Source of the DNA: Amphiscolops sp. MND2022
Taxonomy: Eukaryota
NCBI GenBank assembly: GCA_964187785.1
Contig: OZ076409.1
Coordinates: forward strand, 32,986,001 to 33,050,000
Reading direction: 5' to 3'
Length of the DNA stretch: 64,000 nt
Made by a program: the position numbers and the translations under genes. A model generated the notes under the pieces. It was not told the origin of the DNA, did no database searches, and saw only the letters and a list, made by a program, of their open reading frames with translations. Shown here in pieces: positions 24,932 through 36,690 of this stretch (position 1 is its first letter; each line of letters opens with the position of its first letter).

Positions 24932-25604
24932 GCTTCTTGTTTTTTTTTCGCGAAATGCAATTAGTGGGTTAATATTCTTTGGTTGATGCAGAGAATTTTC
25001 CGTTTTACGCATAAAATTGCTGTTTTTCCAAGTTATAAAATTGCTTGAAATGTATCACTTCCATATTTTACAGTATAATAATTGGTTAATACCGAGAATA
25101 ATGAATAATACCTATAATAATGAGAAAATAGTGTCTTTGATCTGCTTCTGCCAACAAAATGCTACGCGGAGGTGAAAAGTGATTTTTTGTTTTTTTTTCT
25201 GGCATTTTTTACGATTTCGCTTGATTCGTGGCCCTTCTGTTGTCAAAGTGCAAAAAAATGACATCTGGTAAAAACTTGTTCCAGATGAAAAACTTTGTGA
25301 TTGAACTTTTATAGGACCTTGTCTGGTCGAAATTGAACAGGTCGAAACTCCTAAATTGTTCTGTCGGGTATAAGCAGTTTCGAGAATTTTTCAAAAGGTC
25401 TCACAGGGATCATGCTCTTTCATGCTCGAAATTTTTCAGCTGGGTTGCTACTTGTTTAATTTAGTACAAAATTTATGTACTTCTCAGACGGATAGCATCA
25501 ATGAAAGTGATGAAAATGCGTTTGGAGAAGGACAAACGAATGATTGGTACACATCAGCCTTGGATGAGAAAAACCTGACATTTTATTGTGCATAGAAGGC
25601 ATAC

Positions 25605-28600
25605 ATTTATTTTTGTACTTTTTGTTAAAACTTTTCTATTTAAAAAAAACTTTTTCAGTTTTTTGAAAACAATGGATGCTGATCCAATGGTTTTTCATAT
25701 TCAAATTAAATTGTAACGTCCAAATAGCAGCGTACATCTTGGAAGTGGGACAATGCCTAGATTGCTTGTACAGGAGACCAGTGTCTTACAACAACTTAGA
25801 CATTAGTTTTTATTGCCAAAAATAGTCTCCTGAGGGGACTTTTCATACGTCTAAAGAGACTCCTCTGTTAGAGCTCCGAGGCGACGCGCCGGCACTCTCA
25901 AAGTCCGGACACGTCCCACAAGCCGGTAAAAACGAACATCAGGGTTTCTGCGACCTCCTACAGACTCCGGAGGTCCGAAAACAGATATGTAGCAAAGGCA
26001 CATTCTATTAGATGAACAGTATCTAAAATAATGAAAAAAAGGATCTAATAGATCCGGTACGATCATCAACCTGTTAAATAACATACAAAATAACAAAATT
26101 AATCGAAATCAGTACTTTCAGCATTCTCATGAAGTTTCCAGGGTTTTTAGAGCAAACCTTCGAAGGGTTACTTCGTTCTGCTGGGTTTTTTGGACATCTT
26201 CCTGGGTTAGACGGCACAACACTGTGTCTGTCCGTCCATTTTCAGCTTTTTCCGGGTTCAGTTTCTTTGTCTTCTGTGCTTTCTAGGGTCCCGGACAGTT
26301 CTTTGCGTTCTTCTTGCGCCTCTTTTTGATTTCAGGGACCTGCCAGCTCGGCCATTTTGAATCGCACTCGTTTTGACCTTTCATCGAATTCTGTTATCAA
26401 CTGGTTGCCGGTACATCCTCTCGGGGCCGTAGATTGTCGTCCTCGGCAAACGAGAGAGGATGCAAAACACATACCCAGTTGGTTTTAGCAGCGTCATTAC
26501 AGCTTATAGCTTTCTTTGATTCGTACAAAAAAAATCAAAATAAATTATTAATCAGAATTGTTCAAAATTTTCTTGTTTTGATGGTTCTTTCGAGCTCATG
26601 TATTGAATTTTTTTTGTTGATTTTTTCAAATTTGGTTTGAATAAATTTTGACTAAAACTTTTCTACTTAAACAAAACTTTTTCATTTTTTTGAAAACAAT
26701 GGATGCTGATCCAATGGTTTTTCATATTCAAATTAAATTGTAACGTCCAAATAGCAGCGTAGATCTTGGAAGTGGGACAATGCCTAGATTGCTTATACAG
26801 GAGACCAGTGTCTTACAACAACTTAGACATTAGTTTTTATTGCCAAAAATAGTCTCCTGGGGGGCTTTTCATACGTCTAAAGAGACTCCTCTGTTAGAGC
26901 TCCGAGGCGACTCGCCGGCACTCTCAAAGTCCGGACACGTCCCACAAGCCGGTAAAAACGAACATCAGGATTCCTGCGACCTCCTACAGACTCCGGAGGT
27001 CCGAAAACAGATATGTAGCAAAGGCACATTCTATTAGATGAACAGTATCTAAAATAATGAAAAAAGGATCTAATAGATCCGGTACGATCATCAACCTGTT
27101 AAATAACATACAAAATAACAAAATTAATCGAAATCAGTACTTTCAGCATTCTCATGAAGTTTCCAGGGTTTTTAGAGCAAACCTTCGAAGGGTTACTTCG
27201 TTCTGCTAGGTTTTTTGGACATCTTCCTGGGTTAGACGGCACAACACTGTGTCTGTCCGTCCATTTTCAGCTTTTTCCGTGTTCAGTTTCTTTGTCTTCT
27301 GTGCTTTCTAGGGTCCCGGACAGTTCTTTGCGTTCTTCTTGCGCCTCTTTTTGATTTCAGGGACCTGCCAGCTCGGCCATTTTGAATCGCACTCGTTTTG
27401 ACCTTTCATCGAATTCTGTTATCAACTGGTTGCCGGTACATCCTCTCCGGGCCGTAGATTGTCGTCCTCGGCAAACGAGAGAGGATGCAAAACACATACC
27501 CAGTTGGTTTTAGCAGCGTCATTACAGCTTATAGCTTTCTTTGATTCGTACAAAAAAAATCAAAATAAATTATTAATCAGAATTGTTCAAAATTTTCTTG
27601 TTTTGATGGTTCTTTCGAGCTCATGTATTGAATTTTTTTTGTTGATTTTTTCAAATTTGGTTTGAATAAATTTTGACTAAAACTTTTCTACTTAAAAAAA
27701 ACTTTTCCATTTTTTTGAAAACAATGGATTCTGATCCAATGGTTTTTCATATTCAAATTAAATTGTAACGTCCAAATAGCAGCGTAGATCTTGGAAGTGG
27801 GACAATGCCTAGATTGCTTGTACAGGAGACCAGTGTCTTACAACAATTTAGACATTAGTTTTTATTGCCAAAAATAGTCTCCTGGGGGGACTTTTCATAC
27901 GTCTAAAGAGACTCCTCTGTTAGAGCTCCGAGGCGACTCGCCGGCACTCTCAAAGTCCGGACACGTCCCACAAGCCGGTAAAAACGAACATCAGGATTCC
28001 TGCGACCTCCTACAGACTCCGGAGGTCCGAAAACAGATATGTAGCAAAGGCACATTCTATTAGATGAACAGTATCTAAAATAATGAAAAAAGGATCTAAT
28101 AGATCCGGTACGATCATCAACCTGTTAAATAACATACAAAATAACAAAATTAATCGAAATCAGTACTTTCAGCATTCTCATGAAGTTTTCAGGGTTTTTA
28201 GAGCAAACCCTCGAAGGGTTACTTCGTTCTGCTGGGTTTTTTGGACATCTTCCTGGGTTAGACGGCACAACACTGTTTCCTTCCGTCAATTTTCAGCTTT
28301 TTCCGGGTTCAATTTCTTTGTCTTCTGTGCTTTCTAGGGTCCGGGACAGTTCTTTGCGTTCTCCATGCGCCTATTTTTGATTTCAGGGACCTGCCAGCTC
28401 GGCCATTTTGAATCGCACTCGTTTTGACCTTTCATCGAATTTTGTTATCAACTGGTTGCCGGTACATCCTCTCCGGGCCGTAGATTGTCTTCCTCGGCAA
28501 ACGAGAGAGGATGCAAAACACATACCCAGTTGGTTTTAGCAGCGTCATTACAGTTTATAGCTTTCTTTGATTCGTACAAAAAAAATCAAAATAAATTATT

Positions 28601-28715
28601 AATCAGAATTGTTCAAAATTCTCTTGTTTTGATGGTTCTTTCGAGCACATGTATTGAATTTTTTTTTTGATTTTTTCAAATTTGGTTTGAATAAAATTTG
28701 ATTAAAACTTTTCAG
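25605..28715. repeat. Tandem array of 3 x ~1026-bp units, each a B/C-family 3' LTR plus PPT-side stub plus AT-rich flank
   Basis: TGTAACGTCCAAATAGC recurs at 25712, 26739 and 27764. The LTR ends ...CCGGTACA (26415), followed by TCCTCTC(G/C)GGGCCGTAG homologous to 54351-54380. Confidence 0.9.
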
Positions 28716-29400
28716 TTTTCATTCATTTCAGTTCTGGTTAAATTAATTTGTAGCGGTGGTACCTCGCGCGGAACTTACAAAAACTACAATAACGTGGTAA
28801 AACTTTTTAATTTTTGAATTCGAGCAGTGATGCTCCAAGTTGGGACCTACCTACTATGCAGTACCTAGATCACTTAACAATTGAGCAACAATGTGTTCTA
28901 TAGCTAAAACCAAAATAGCACCAAGAACTAATTTACATTGTTCCATAGCACCACAACGAAAATTGCACTTAGTAAGGCACTAGTTTTGAGTTTCTTGGGT
29001 GTCTTAGTTTACACAAATAGCTGATACCATTATTCAACTCCACTGATTAAGTATCTTGTGGGTTCTGAGAGGTATCCGTTGTCGCCGGTGGCTCAGGATT
29101 TAAATGTGAAGGGAGTGCGCTCGGTTGTCCCGTACTTGGAAGGTCTTTTAGCTCCGATTCTTTGACTATCGCCTCCATTTGCAAAATTTTTCCGGATGGT
29201 TCATCCCTCAAGGGCGTAGCATTACCTGATGAGGCGAAGGGTCACTGACCGCTGACTCATCCAGGGGAACCTCTTTACTCTGTTGGCAGCTGAGTCGAAT
29301 CTGTTTGGCTTGAGTCTACGATTGACTGGTAGGAACTGCCAGCTACAGCTCTTTCCTTCTCATTGTTATCATTGGTTATGATTACAAATGACAATTCGGG

Positions 29401-29997
29401 TTGGTTATTAGCAAGTTGGTTAGCAAGTTGGTTGTTACCGCAATACCAGGTCTCAGTTTCTGTCACAACTCGAGACTGAAAAATTTGCAGCATCTTCTAT
29501 CTCAAGGAAAACTGAAATATCAACATAACCTGCTCCTCTGGCACGACCTGATAAATAATACCTTATCCCCACATTCAAGCAACAATCATAAACCCTGGAC
29601 CCCTCAGCAACTAGTTACGGCATTAAAACATCAAAGTCATCTAGTAACTGCAGTCATTTACTGCAGAAGATTTGGGACTGCAGATATCTTTAACCAATTA
29701 CTGGCTACTGATATCCTTATAATCCGGGCTTATAAACACCTTCTATCTCACAGAAAGAGGAACAATCATTGGAGTAAAACGCAACTTGCAGAAGTGCATC
29801 CCTGCGTCCGCATTGAACTGAACTTGCTACACACGGTTTCACAGCGGAGCAAAAAGCTACAGTCAATAGTTATTCAAAACCACTCCAGAACCAGAAAACG
29901 TGAATCCAAGAAAAGATCCACTTCCGCGAAAAGGAGGAACAAAAAAGCGAAACAGGAATCTCTAACTGGCCCGGGGCGAGTAACCTGCTTGCTTTGA
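29401..29997 (+). CDS. LINE ORF0, possible SGNH/GDSL-esterase-like protein with a basic tail
   Basis: Open 198 aa with AIPGLS, LLLWHDLINN and AVIYC in an alpha/beta pattern. It ends 7 nt before the ORF1 ATG. Confidence 0.4.
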   Translation: MVISKLVSKLVVTAIPGLSFCHNSRLKNLQHLLSQGKLKYQHNLLLWHDLINNTLSPHSSNNHKPWTPQQLVTALKHQSHLVTAVIYCRRFGTADIFNQLLATDILIIRAYKHLLSHRKRNNHWSKTQLAEVHPCVRIELNLLHTVSQRSKKLQSIVIQNHSRTRKRESKKRSTSAKRRNKKAKQESLTGPGRVTCLL

Positions 29998-30004
29998 ATC
30001 AAAA

Positions 30005-31194
30005 ATGACTGGCACACGCAGTAGAAATCAATCCACCTCGGACGAAAAATGTCCGCTGTGCAAAAGTAAGGTAGCTGAAAAAGAAAAGAACTCAATTCTT
30101 TGCAACGGTTGTTTTGAATGGTGGCACGGGACATGTGGAGGAATAGAAGTGAAAGATTTGGCAATTTTGGCGAAGTACTCGGCTGTGCACTGGTACTGTC
30201 CCAAATGTGAAAACGACACTTTGCAAAAACAAGGTATGACCATCATGAAGTCCTTAAAAACGTTAAATCAATGGTATAAAAATGAAACTAAAATTCGCAA
30301 ACAGGAAATTGATCTCTTGATGTCAATTAAAACTGATATCGAAATCATCAAGGAAAAACCCCCTCAAGAAACACCTATGCCGAGAAAGCTAAAATCGCCC
30401 GAAAACCTTCGCCCTCTACGAGACAACAAATACCTCGAAACAAAGAGAAAGACTTGAGTACCATATTGATTGTCAGTGGCAATCAAAAGTATCGAGATAG
30501 CATTGAAACTAAAAGGGCATTTTCAAAAATTTTTCCTATGAAAAAATTGATTGTAGCATTCACTACAGCTCGGGGAAACATTCATTTAGAATTCTTGAAC
30601 TCTCAAGAGGCTGACGAGGTGTTCTCCAACTGGAAAGCTGATTATCTTGGAACGAAAACCAGTATACGAAAAGCTAGCGCTAGAGGTGAGCAGAGAAACG
30701 CTGTCATAAAAGGTGTTCCGAAAGACATAGAAGAGATTCATATTACTGAACTTCTCCAGAAGAAGTATCCTGGGATCTATGTGAAAAGATTCGTAAAAGC
30801 GGATGGAACAATTCTGCAGACAGTGAAACTGACCTTCCAGTCAGAGCTTCAATACAACAATGCACTATATGAGGGACTCTTTTTGGATTCCATTTACTAT
30901 CAGCCATATGCATTTGTTCAGAGAGGCATAAGAATCATTCGATGTTACAACTGCCAAAATTTCGGTCACTTTAGCGGAAACTGCCACTCCAAAACAGCCT
31001 GTAAACACTGCAGTGAAGATCACATAATTGAAGACTGTCCGAATAAAGAATTAGAAAGCAAATGTATGAATTGCAAAGGGCCTCACGATGCGGATTCACT
31101 TGTGTGCCCAACTTACCTTAAACAAAAACAAGTGGTTTATGAGGCTCGGGGGCTAACTGATGAAAATCATGATGGATGGCATGATGGCTCCTGA
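30005..31194 (+). pseudogene. LINE ORF1: PHD finger, coiled coil, RRM-like region and three CCHC knuckles (frameshift near 30400)
   Basis: CPLC...CNGCFEWWHGTC...WYCPKC (PHD); CYNCQNFGHFSGNC, CKHCSEDHIIEDC and CMNCKGPHDADSLVC. Confidence 0.85.
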
Positions 31195-34137
31195 TAGGAG
31201 AACATCATTCTTACAGATCAACCTTTGCGGCTTGAGTAATCACAGTAAAATTGCAATTGATGCATATCTTGAAAAACATAAACCAGATGTGGTTTTCTCG
31301 AAAGAAACCAAACAACAAATTCCTGATAATGCCTTTACCAAATATACAACTCTCAGTAGTACCCCAAAGAAATCGACAGGCGGGGTTGCGTTGTTGTTTC
31401 GATGTGGTTTTCTCGAATGAAACCAAACAACAAATTCCTGATAATGCCTTTACCAAATATACAACTCTCAGTAGTACCCCAAAGAAATCGACAGGCGGGG
31501 TTGCCTAAAATTACTAACTACGACTGCGTATGTAAAACTTGATGACAAAGGTGAACTACTAGAACTCATAAAAAGACTTGAAGCATGTAAAATCTACGCA
31601 GATACAAATCACATGGAAGGTGTCCTTTTCTTTGGCGACTGCAACGCCAGACACTTATATTGGGGTGATCAGAAGTGCAATGCACTTGGAAATGAGTTAA
31701 TCAGCCTCGTACCAACTTATACTGTTTTGAACTATGGCCAACCTACTTTCCTCTCAATCAACGGCCAAATGCTCGCTTACAACTGATGAAGATTTGGAAC
31801 TGTTCACTGGAGCACCCTCCAGGGGCCACCTGCCTGTGCTAGTTTCTCTTGTCGAGTCGAAAAGTGGTTATTTCAAGGAGAAGCCGTGGATTGAGAAAGC
31901 AATGTGGGATGACTGGAGTTAACTATACCCAGTAAAGAGCTCAGGCAGCTGCGTCGGAACTTCCGATACAAGTCCAACCATGCAAATTTAGAAAAACTAG
32001 CAGAAGCGAAAGAATTATTCAAACGACTACTCAGTGAAAAGGCGTCTGCCTGGATGAAAGACTACTTGAAGGCACTGGGACACAAACGAGGCAATGAATT
32101 TTAGGTATCGTACTAGAAACTGTTCGCTGGAAGCAGTTCCCAAGTGGATCTCATCAAGAATAAACACGGAAAACTGCTGCTCTCAAAAAAAAGATATTGC
32201 TCAAGAATTCCAAGAGACCTTCTTCGAAGGAAAACATCTGGAAACTCTCAACTTCGACGAGTCAATGTCAAGGACAGTCTCAAGTTATCTGGACTCGTTT
32301 GATGATGTTTCCGAGCATGTTTCGGAAGTTTTTCATGAACCTTTCACAATGGAAGAACTAAACGAAGCAATGAAACAATCTTCTGATACAAACTCCTTCG
32401 ACCCTGACGGGTTCCACGTCAAATTGATCAAAAACTTGGGAGTTAATGCGAAAACTCTTCTCTTGGAGATTTTTAATACATGTTGGGAACATGCTGTATG
32501 GCCCTGGTCTTTATAACGAATTGTGTTTATCAGGAAGCCTAACAAAGACAGGTAGGACGACTGTTCCAGCTATCGACCGCTATCTATCTCTAGTCATTTT
32601 GGAAAGGTTTTTGAGCATATGCTGTGCAATAGATTAAATTATTTCACGGGAATCGAGAAGATTCTGGCGGACGAACAAGATGGTTTCAGAAGTAAAAGAA
32701 ACACAGTCAGATCTCTGTACAGGCTACATCTTAATCTGGAAAATTCTAAATTAATGAAAACACCGACCGCTCTACTCAACATTGACCTCGAAAAGGCCTT
32801 TGACAGCGTGTGGATAGATGGCCTACTTTACAAACTCAGACATTACAAAACAAACGGTAAAATGTTCCGCATTTTACGAACCTTTTTGAAGTACCGAGAA
32901 GCATTCATTGTGTTATCTGACTTCCGTTCATCTGTCTTCAAAATAGACATTGGTGTCCTTCAGGGCAGTGTCTTGTCACACTTTTGTTTGTATATTTTCT
33001 TGAACAATTTTCTGAGTGAGGAACCGTGCCACTACAAGTTCGCTGACGACAGTGCAATTTTAATTCAAGGCTGCAATGAAATTGATATCTCCCAAAAACT
33101 CGAACAGTCTAGCAGGGGGATAGAACAGTGGTGCCGCAAATGGAGAATGGGAGTGAATGGCTCCAAGACAGAATTGATAGTTTTCAATGTGGAAAGAAAC
33201 AACATAACTGCGCCGAGCCTGAACAATGAAGCGTGCGCTATCACAAAAACTACAAAATCTCTCAGTCTCCTGATTGATGATAACCTGTGTTACAAAGATC
33301 ACGCCGAAAAAATCTGTAACAAAGCTAAACGCAGCTGGGATAACGCTTCTAGAATTTTGAGATGCAAATGGAGCTTGTCAGTTCCAACGTTATTTTTCCT
33401 CTGCACTACTATCATTGTACCGCAGCTCTTATACGTATCAGTATTATGGTTTGAAAGAAATAGAAGCTCAGTCATGAGAGTCCAGAATCATATCAACAAA
33501 CCAATCTTTCGACATAGTTTTACTCCTACCATTAGCATCTGCGAAACGCTGCTAGGACCACCTCCTCTGGACATTTACAATGATGCCATAGAATCAAATT
33601 TGTCATCAAAGTCAAAAGAGCCAATGACTTGGTGAGTAATACCCACTCTCTTTTCATCTCCAACCGAAGTAAAGCTGAAGCAATAGAAAGTAAGTTAAGT
33701 AACTTCAAAAAGTTCCTTGATGACGATACTCGGACATAATACAACAAGCACGAAATAGATGAACTCACAGAACAAAGTTGGATAAAGAGATGGAAGAAAA
33801 CCCAAAATAAAGGCCTCTTGCAACATCTCCCTAACACGCAACCACAGCTAAACACCTGTTGTCCGTTAACTATTGGAGACCCTTATGTTGTCAATAAATC
33901 TGCGAATTAGTAATTGGGAATTCCTTTGCTTTAGCCGAATATGCCTGGAACATGTGGAAGTGTGAATCACCAATGTGCATATGTGGAAAGTCAGAAGACA
34001 ATCCCTATCACTATTTCTTCTGCTGTCCGCACTATAACGAGATACGCCCAGATGTACAGAGCCTAAATTTAATGGAAGCGACTGATTGTCAAAAACTCCG
34101 AGATTTCATAATTAATACAAATAAACTAAACTTATAG
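31178..34137 (+). pseudogene. LINE ORF2: AP endonuclease plus reverse transcriptase, disrupted
   Basis: FLQINLCGL and FGDCNARH (APE); YRPLS, QDGFR, DLEKAFDSV, GVLQGSVL and KFADD (RT); CICG...PYHYFFCC. There is a ~104-bp internal duplication at 31286-31389/31401-31504. Confidence 0.9.
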
Positions 34138-34174
34138 ACTATTGACCTATCATTAACATCTTCCCGCAAATAGG

Positions 34175-34374
34175 NNNNNNNNNNNNNNNNNNNNNNNNNN
34201 NNNNNNNNNNNNNNNNNNNNNNNNNNNNNNNNNNNNNNNNNNNNNNNNNNNNNNNNNNNNNNNNNNNNNNNNNNNNNNNNNNNNNNNNNNNNNNNNNNNN
34301 NNNNNNNNNNNNNNNNNNNNNNNNNNNNNNNNNNNNNNNNNNNNNNNNNNNNNNNNNNNNNNNNNNNNNNNNNN
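34175..34374. other. Assembly gap (200 N)
   Basis: Run of N. Confidence 1.
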
Positions 34375-36510
34375 TCCATACCGCACAAACCAATCTTTGT
34401 ATGCCTTATTTGCTTTGGCGTTGCCCTCGTCCACTGGATTTCTGCGCTCTCGTTGTCGACCTAATAAATACAGAAAAATTTCCAGAGCCAACTTGGGTTC
34501 GCTTGGGATATCTTTGCTCATTTGCAAGGTTCTAATAGTAGGCTGTTGTACTACCAAAGGCGTAGCTGTTTTCAGTTTCTGATACTGATGATGAATGACT
34601 TGATCTACTAGCTCTGGTTTTGTCCAGTAGGTGGTTTTTCTCAATATGGTGGCAGCATTGACACGGGGTCCCGCCCTCGCGCAGTACATCCTTGATGCGT
34701 GGCATGTGTGAGGATAATGCAGCCCACTGGACGCCTCTCCGCGTACTCTGCCGCCTAGTCGCTGGATCGCTGCTGTTAGAATTCACAGGATCGCAGTAAC
34801 ACCCCATTCAGGAAAATTGTCTACTGCACCCGTTTCTGGGTCGAGAGGAATATGCAACCACCAGACTGGATGATGTTCTAAGGGCATGGATAGAGCGCAC
34901 CGCGCTCGTGCTCGTATCACAGTCGAGTAATTATGTTCTACTTGCTTTCTGCCTTTAATGACTGTGTAGGCCATTGGAGGCCGCAAGTTAGCGAAGTTCC
35001 GAACTATGGACTGATACGTATGTGCTCGTCTTGAGTTGCCAGAACTTACTAATTGCACAATTGTGAAAATTGGGGTATTGGCAGCAACCTTCAAATGTTG
35101 TGTGGGGTATCTGGGAGCCATCACGGAACCAATTATGGGCAAAACTATTGGAGCAATCAGCGAGAGCAGGTCCTCTGTCTCCAGTAGCATGAGACTGGTC
35201 AACTGGGAGGGTAACAAGGAGCCTGGGAAATCCGTTGCTTCACGTGGTATCACTGTGGGATCATTAAAAGGATGCAATTTTCCCGAAACATTGACCCATG
35301 TAAAATAAATTCACATGAGCAAGGCTTCTATATTATTGTCTCACTGAATTTCCAATGGCATGTAGAAATTAGGCTCGTGAGTTTTTTCGTCCAGCGTAGA
35401 ATAGTCTCTTTTTCGTACCAGTGGTTGTCAAGCATATTCTCTTTCTCCGCTGCAGTTGGATCACTGACTTGGTGAACTACATTCTCATCCAAAGTTCCGT
35501 GAGCGGTTTGCATTCTAAAGTCAAATGCAGTAGCTTCATTACCTAGCATTTGGGAGTTGCCCTTGTTTCCTGTGTAGGCCTGCAAGGCCTTCGAGAGTTC
35601 TGCCAAGAATGCTGGATTAGATGCTTTGCGGGGACGCCACGAATTTGCGCTAATCCTGAGGTTTGGCGCAACTATGTGAAAGCATAGGTCGCTAGCAAGG
35701 TACAAGAACTGTTGCAGCGACCTGGGCAAGAATATTTGACAGGGTGGGGATACAAAAATTACTACCGCCGTTGCCCTCTTGTTCTTGACAGAACGTGCTA
35801 CGTTTTTCATAGCTTCGATATAATTTGTCAATTCATCTGTCATAAATTTTCAGTCAGTCTCGTGTGACCAGGCTCAAAATATCTCAATGTGCCACGCAGT
35901 GAGAGGTAGTCTATCGTATTGCAGAAGAGTAGGAATGTGGGGAAAGTAATGGCCTCGGCTACTGCAGGACCGAAAATCTTGCACGTCACTTCAGTCATGT
36001 CTTCCAGCGGAAAACAAGGCTAATCCATCTCACGCACGTCCATTTGAAAATCAAGGGGGATGGCGTTGTTAATGGTTGCATCCTCAGAGACCGTTTTTGT
36101 TCCATGAGAGGTCTAGTAGGCTCGCTATAGGTTGAACGTGATCTAGGATCAGCAATACTATGTGTTAGATTGTAACTGTGCCAGACTCCATCTTGGAAAC
36201 TTGCGGCACGTACGAGCGATCCAATACCACTGAACACTGTAAGAACCAAATCTTGGTAATCTGTCTGCGCTTGCAGTTGTGCTATGGAAATGGCAATGCC
36301 AGCTACTAAAGTAGGTGTAGCTCTATTCTGAAGGGTACTTTGCACAAGCGCCAATTGAACGACTCTGCCAGTTATTTCTCCAAGAGATGTTGTGGCAGAT
36401 GAGGTTCCATGCTCAGGTAGCTGCCGACGATTGTTATTCCGATTGGAAGTTGCGAAAATGCGTTGGCGGGACGAATTATCCATGTTCGATAGTAGCACCG
36501 ATGGTAGCAC
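34375..36510 (-). pseudogene. Element B large accessory ORF remnants (possible SGNH-like domain ~35330-36000, unknown conserved domain 34375-35330)
   Basis: FPTFLLFCNTIDYL...YIEAMKNV...VVIFVSPP. The segment 34783-35277 is clearly homologous (about half identical by eye) to ORF 54925-56289. Confidence 0.65.
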
Positions 36511-36690
36511 TTGTGGCGATTGATTATGACAGTTTTGCGCGAAGGGAGTGCAAAAGGACTTAACTGAAAAGTAGGCTGCATTGGAGTTTTAAAACTTTTT
36601 TGCACGGGCAGATTTGAAGAAAATGGAACTGACACTAGGGATACGATATTATGATAGGTGAACTCAGGTATGGATGAAAAGAGTAATTAA

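Larger units (their letters stand above)
29000..34174 (+). mobile_element. Non-LTR retrotransposon (LINE), degenerate, with three ORFs
   Basis: ORF0, ORF1 (PHD plus CCHC) and ORF2 (APE, RT, C-terminal Cys motif). The 5' boundary is uncertain and the 3' end abuts a gap. Confidence 0.85.

Noticed and set aside
26129..28670. Repeated short ORFs (MKFPGFLEQ..., MSSSANERG...)
   Set aside because: They recur only because the LTR unit is repeated; there is no independent coding signal.
29224..29245. Hammerhead ribozyme from CTGATGAG
   Set aside because: No downstream GAAA core or compatible stems; kept only as a generic structure candidate.
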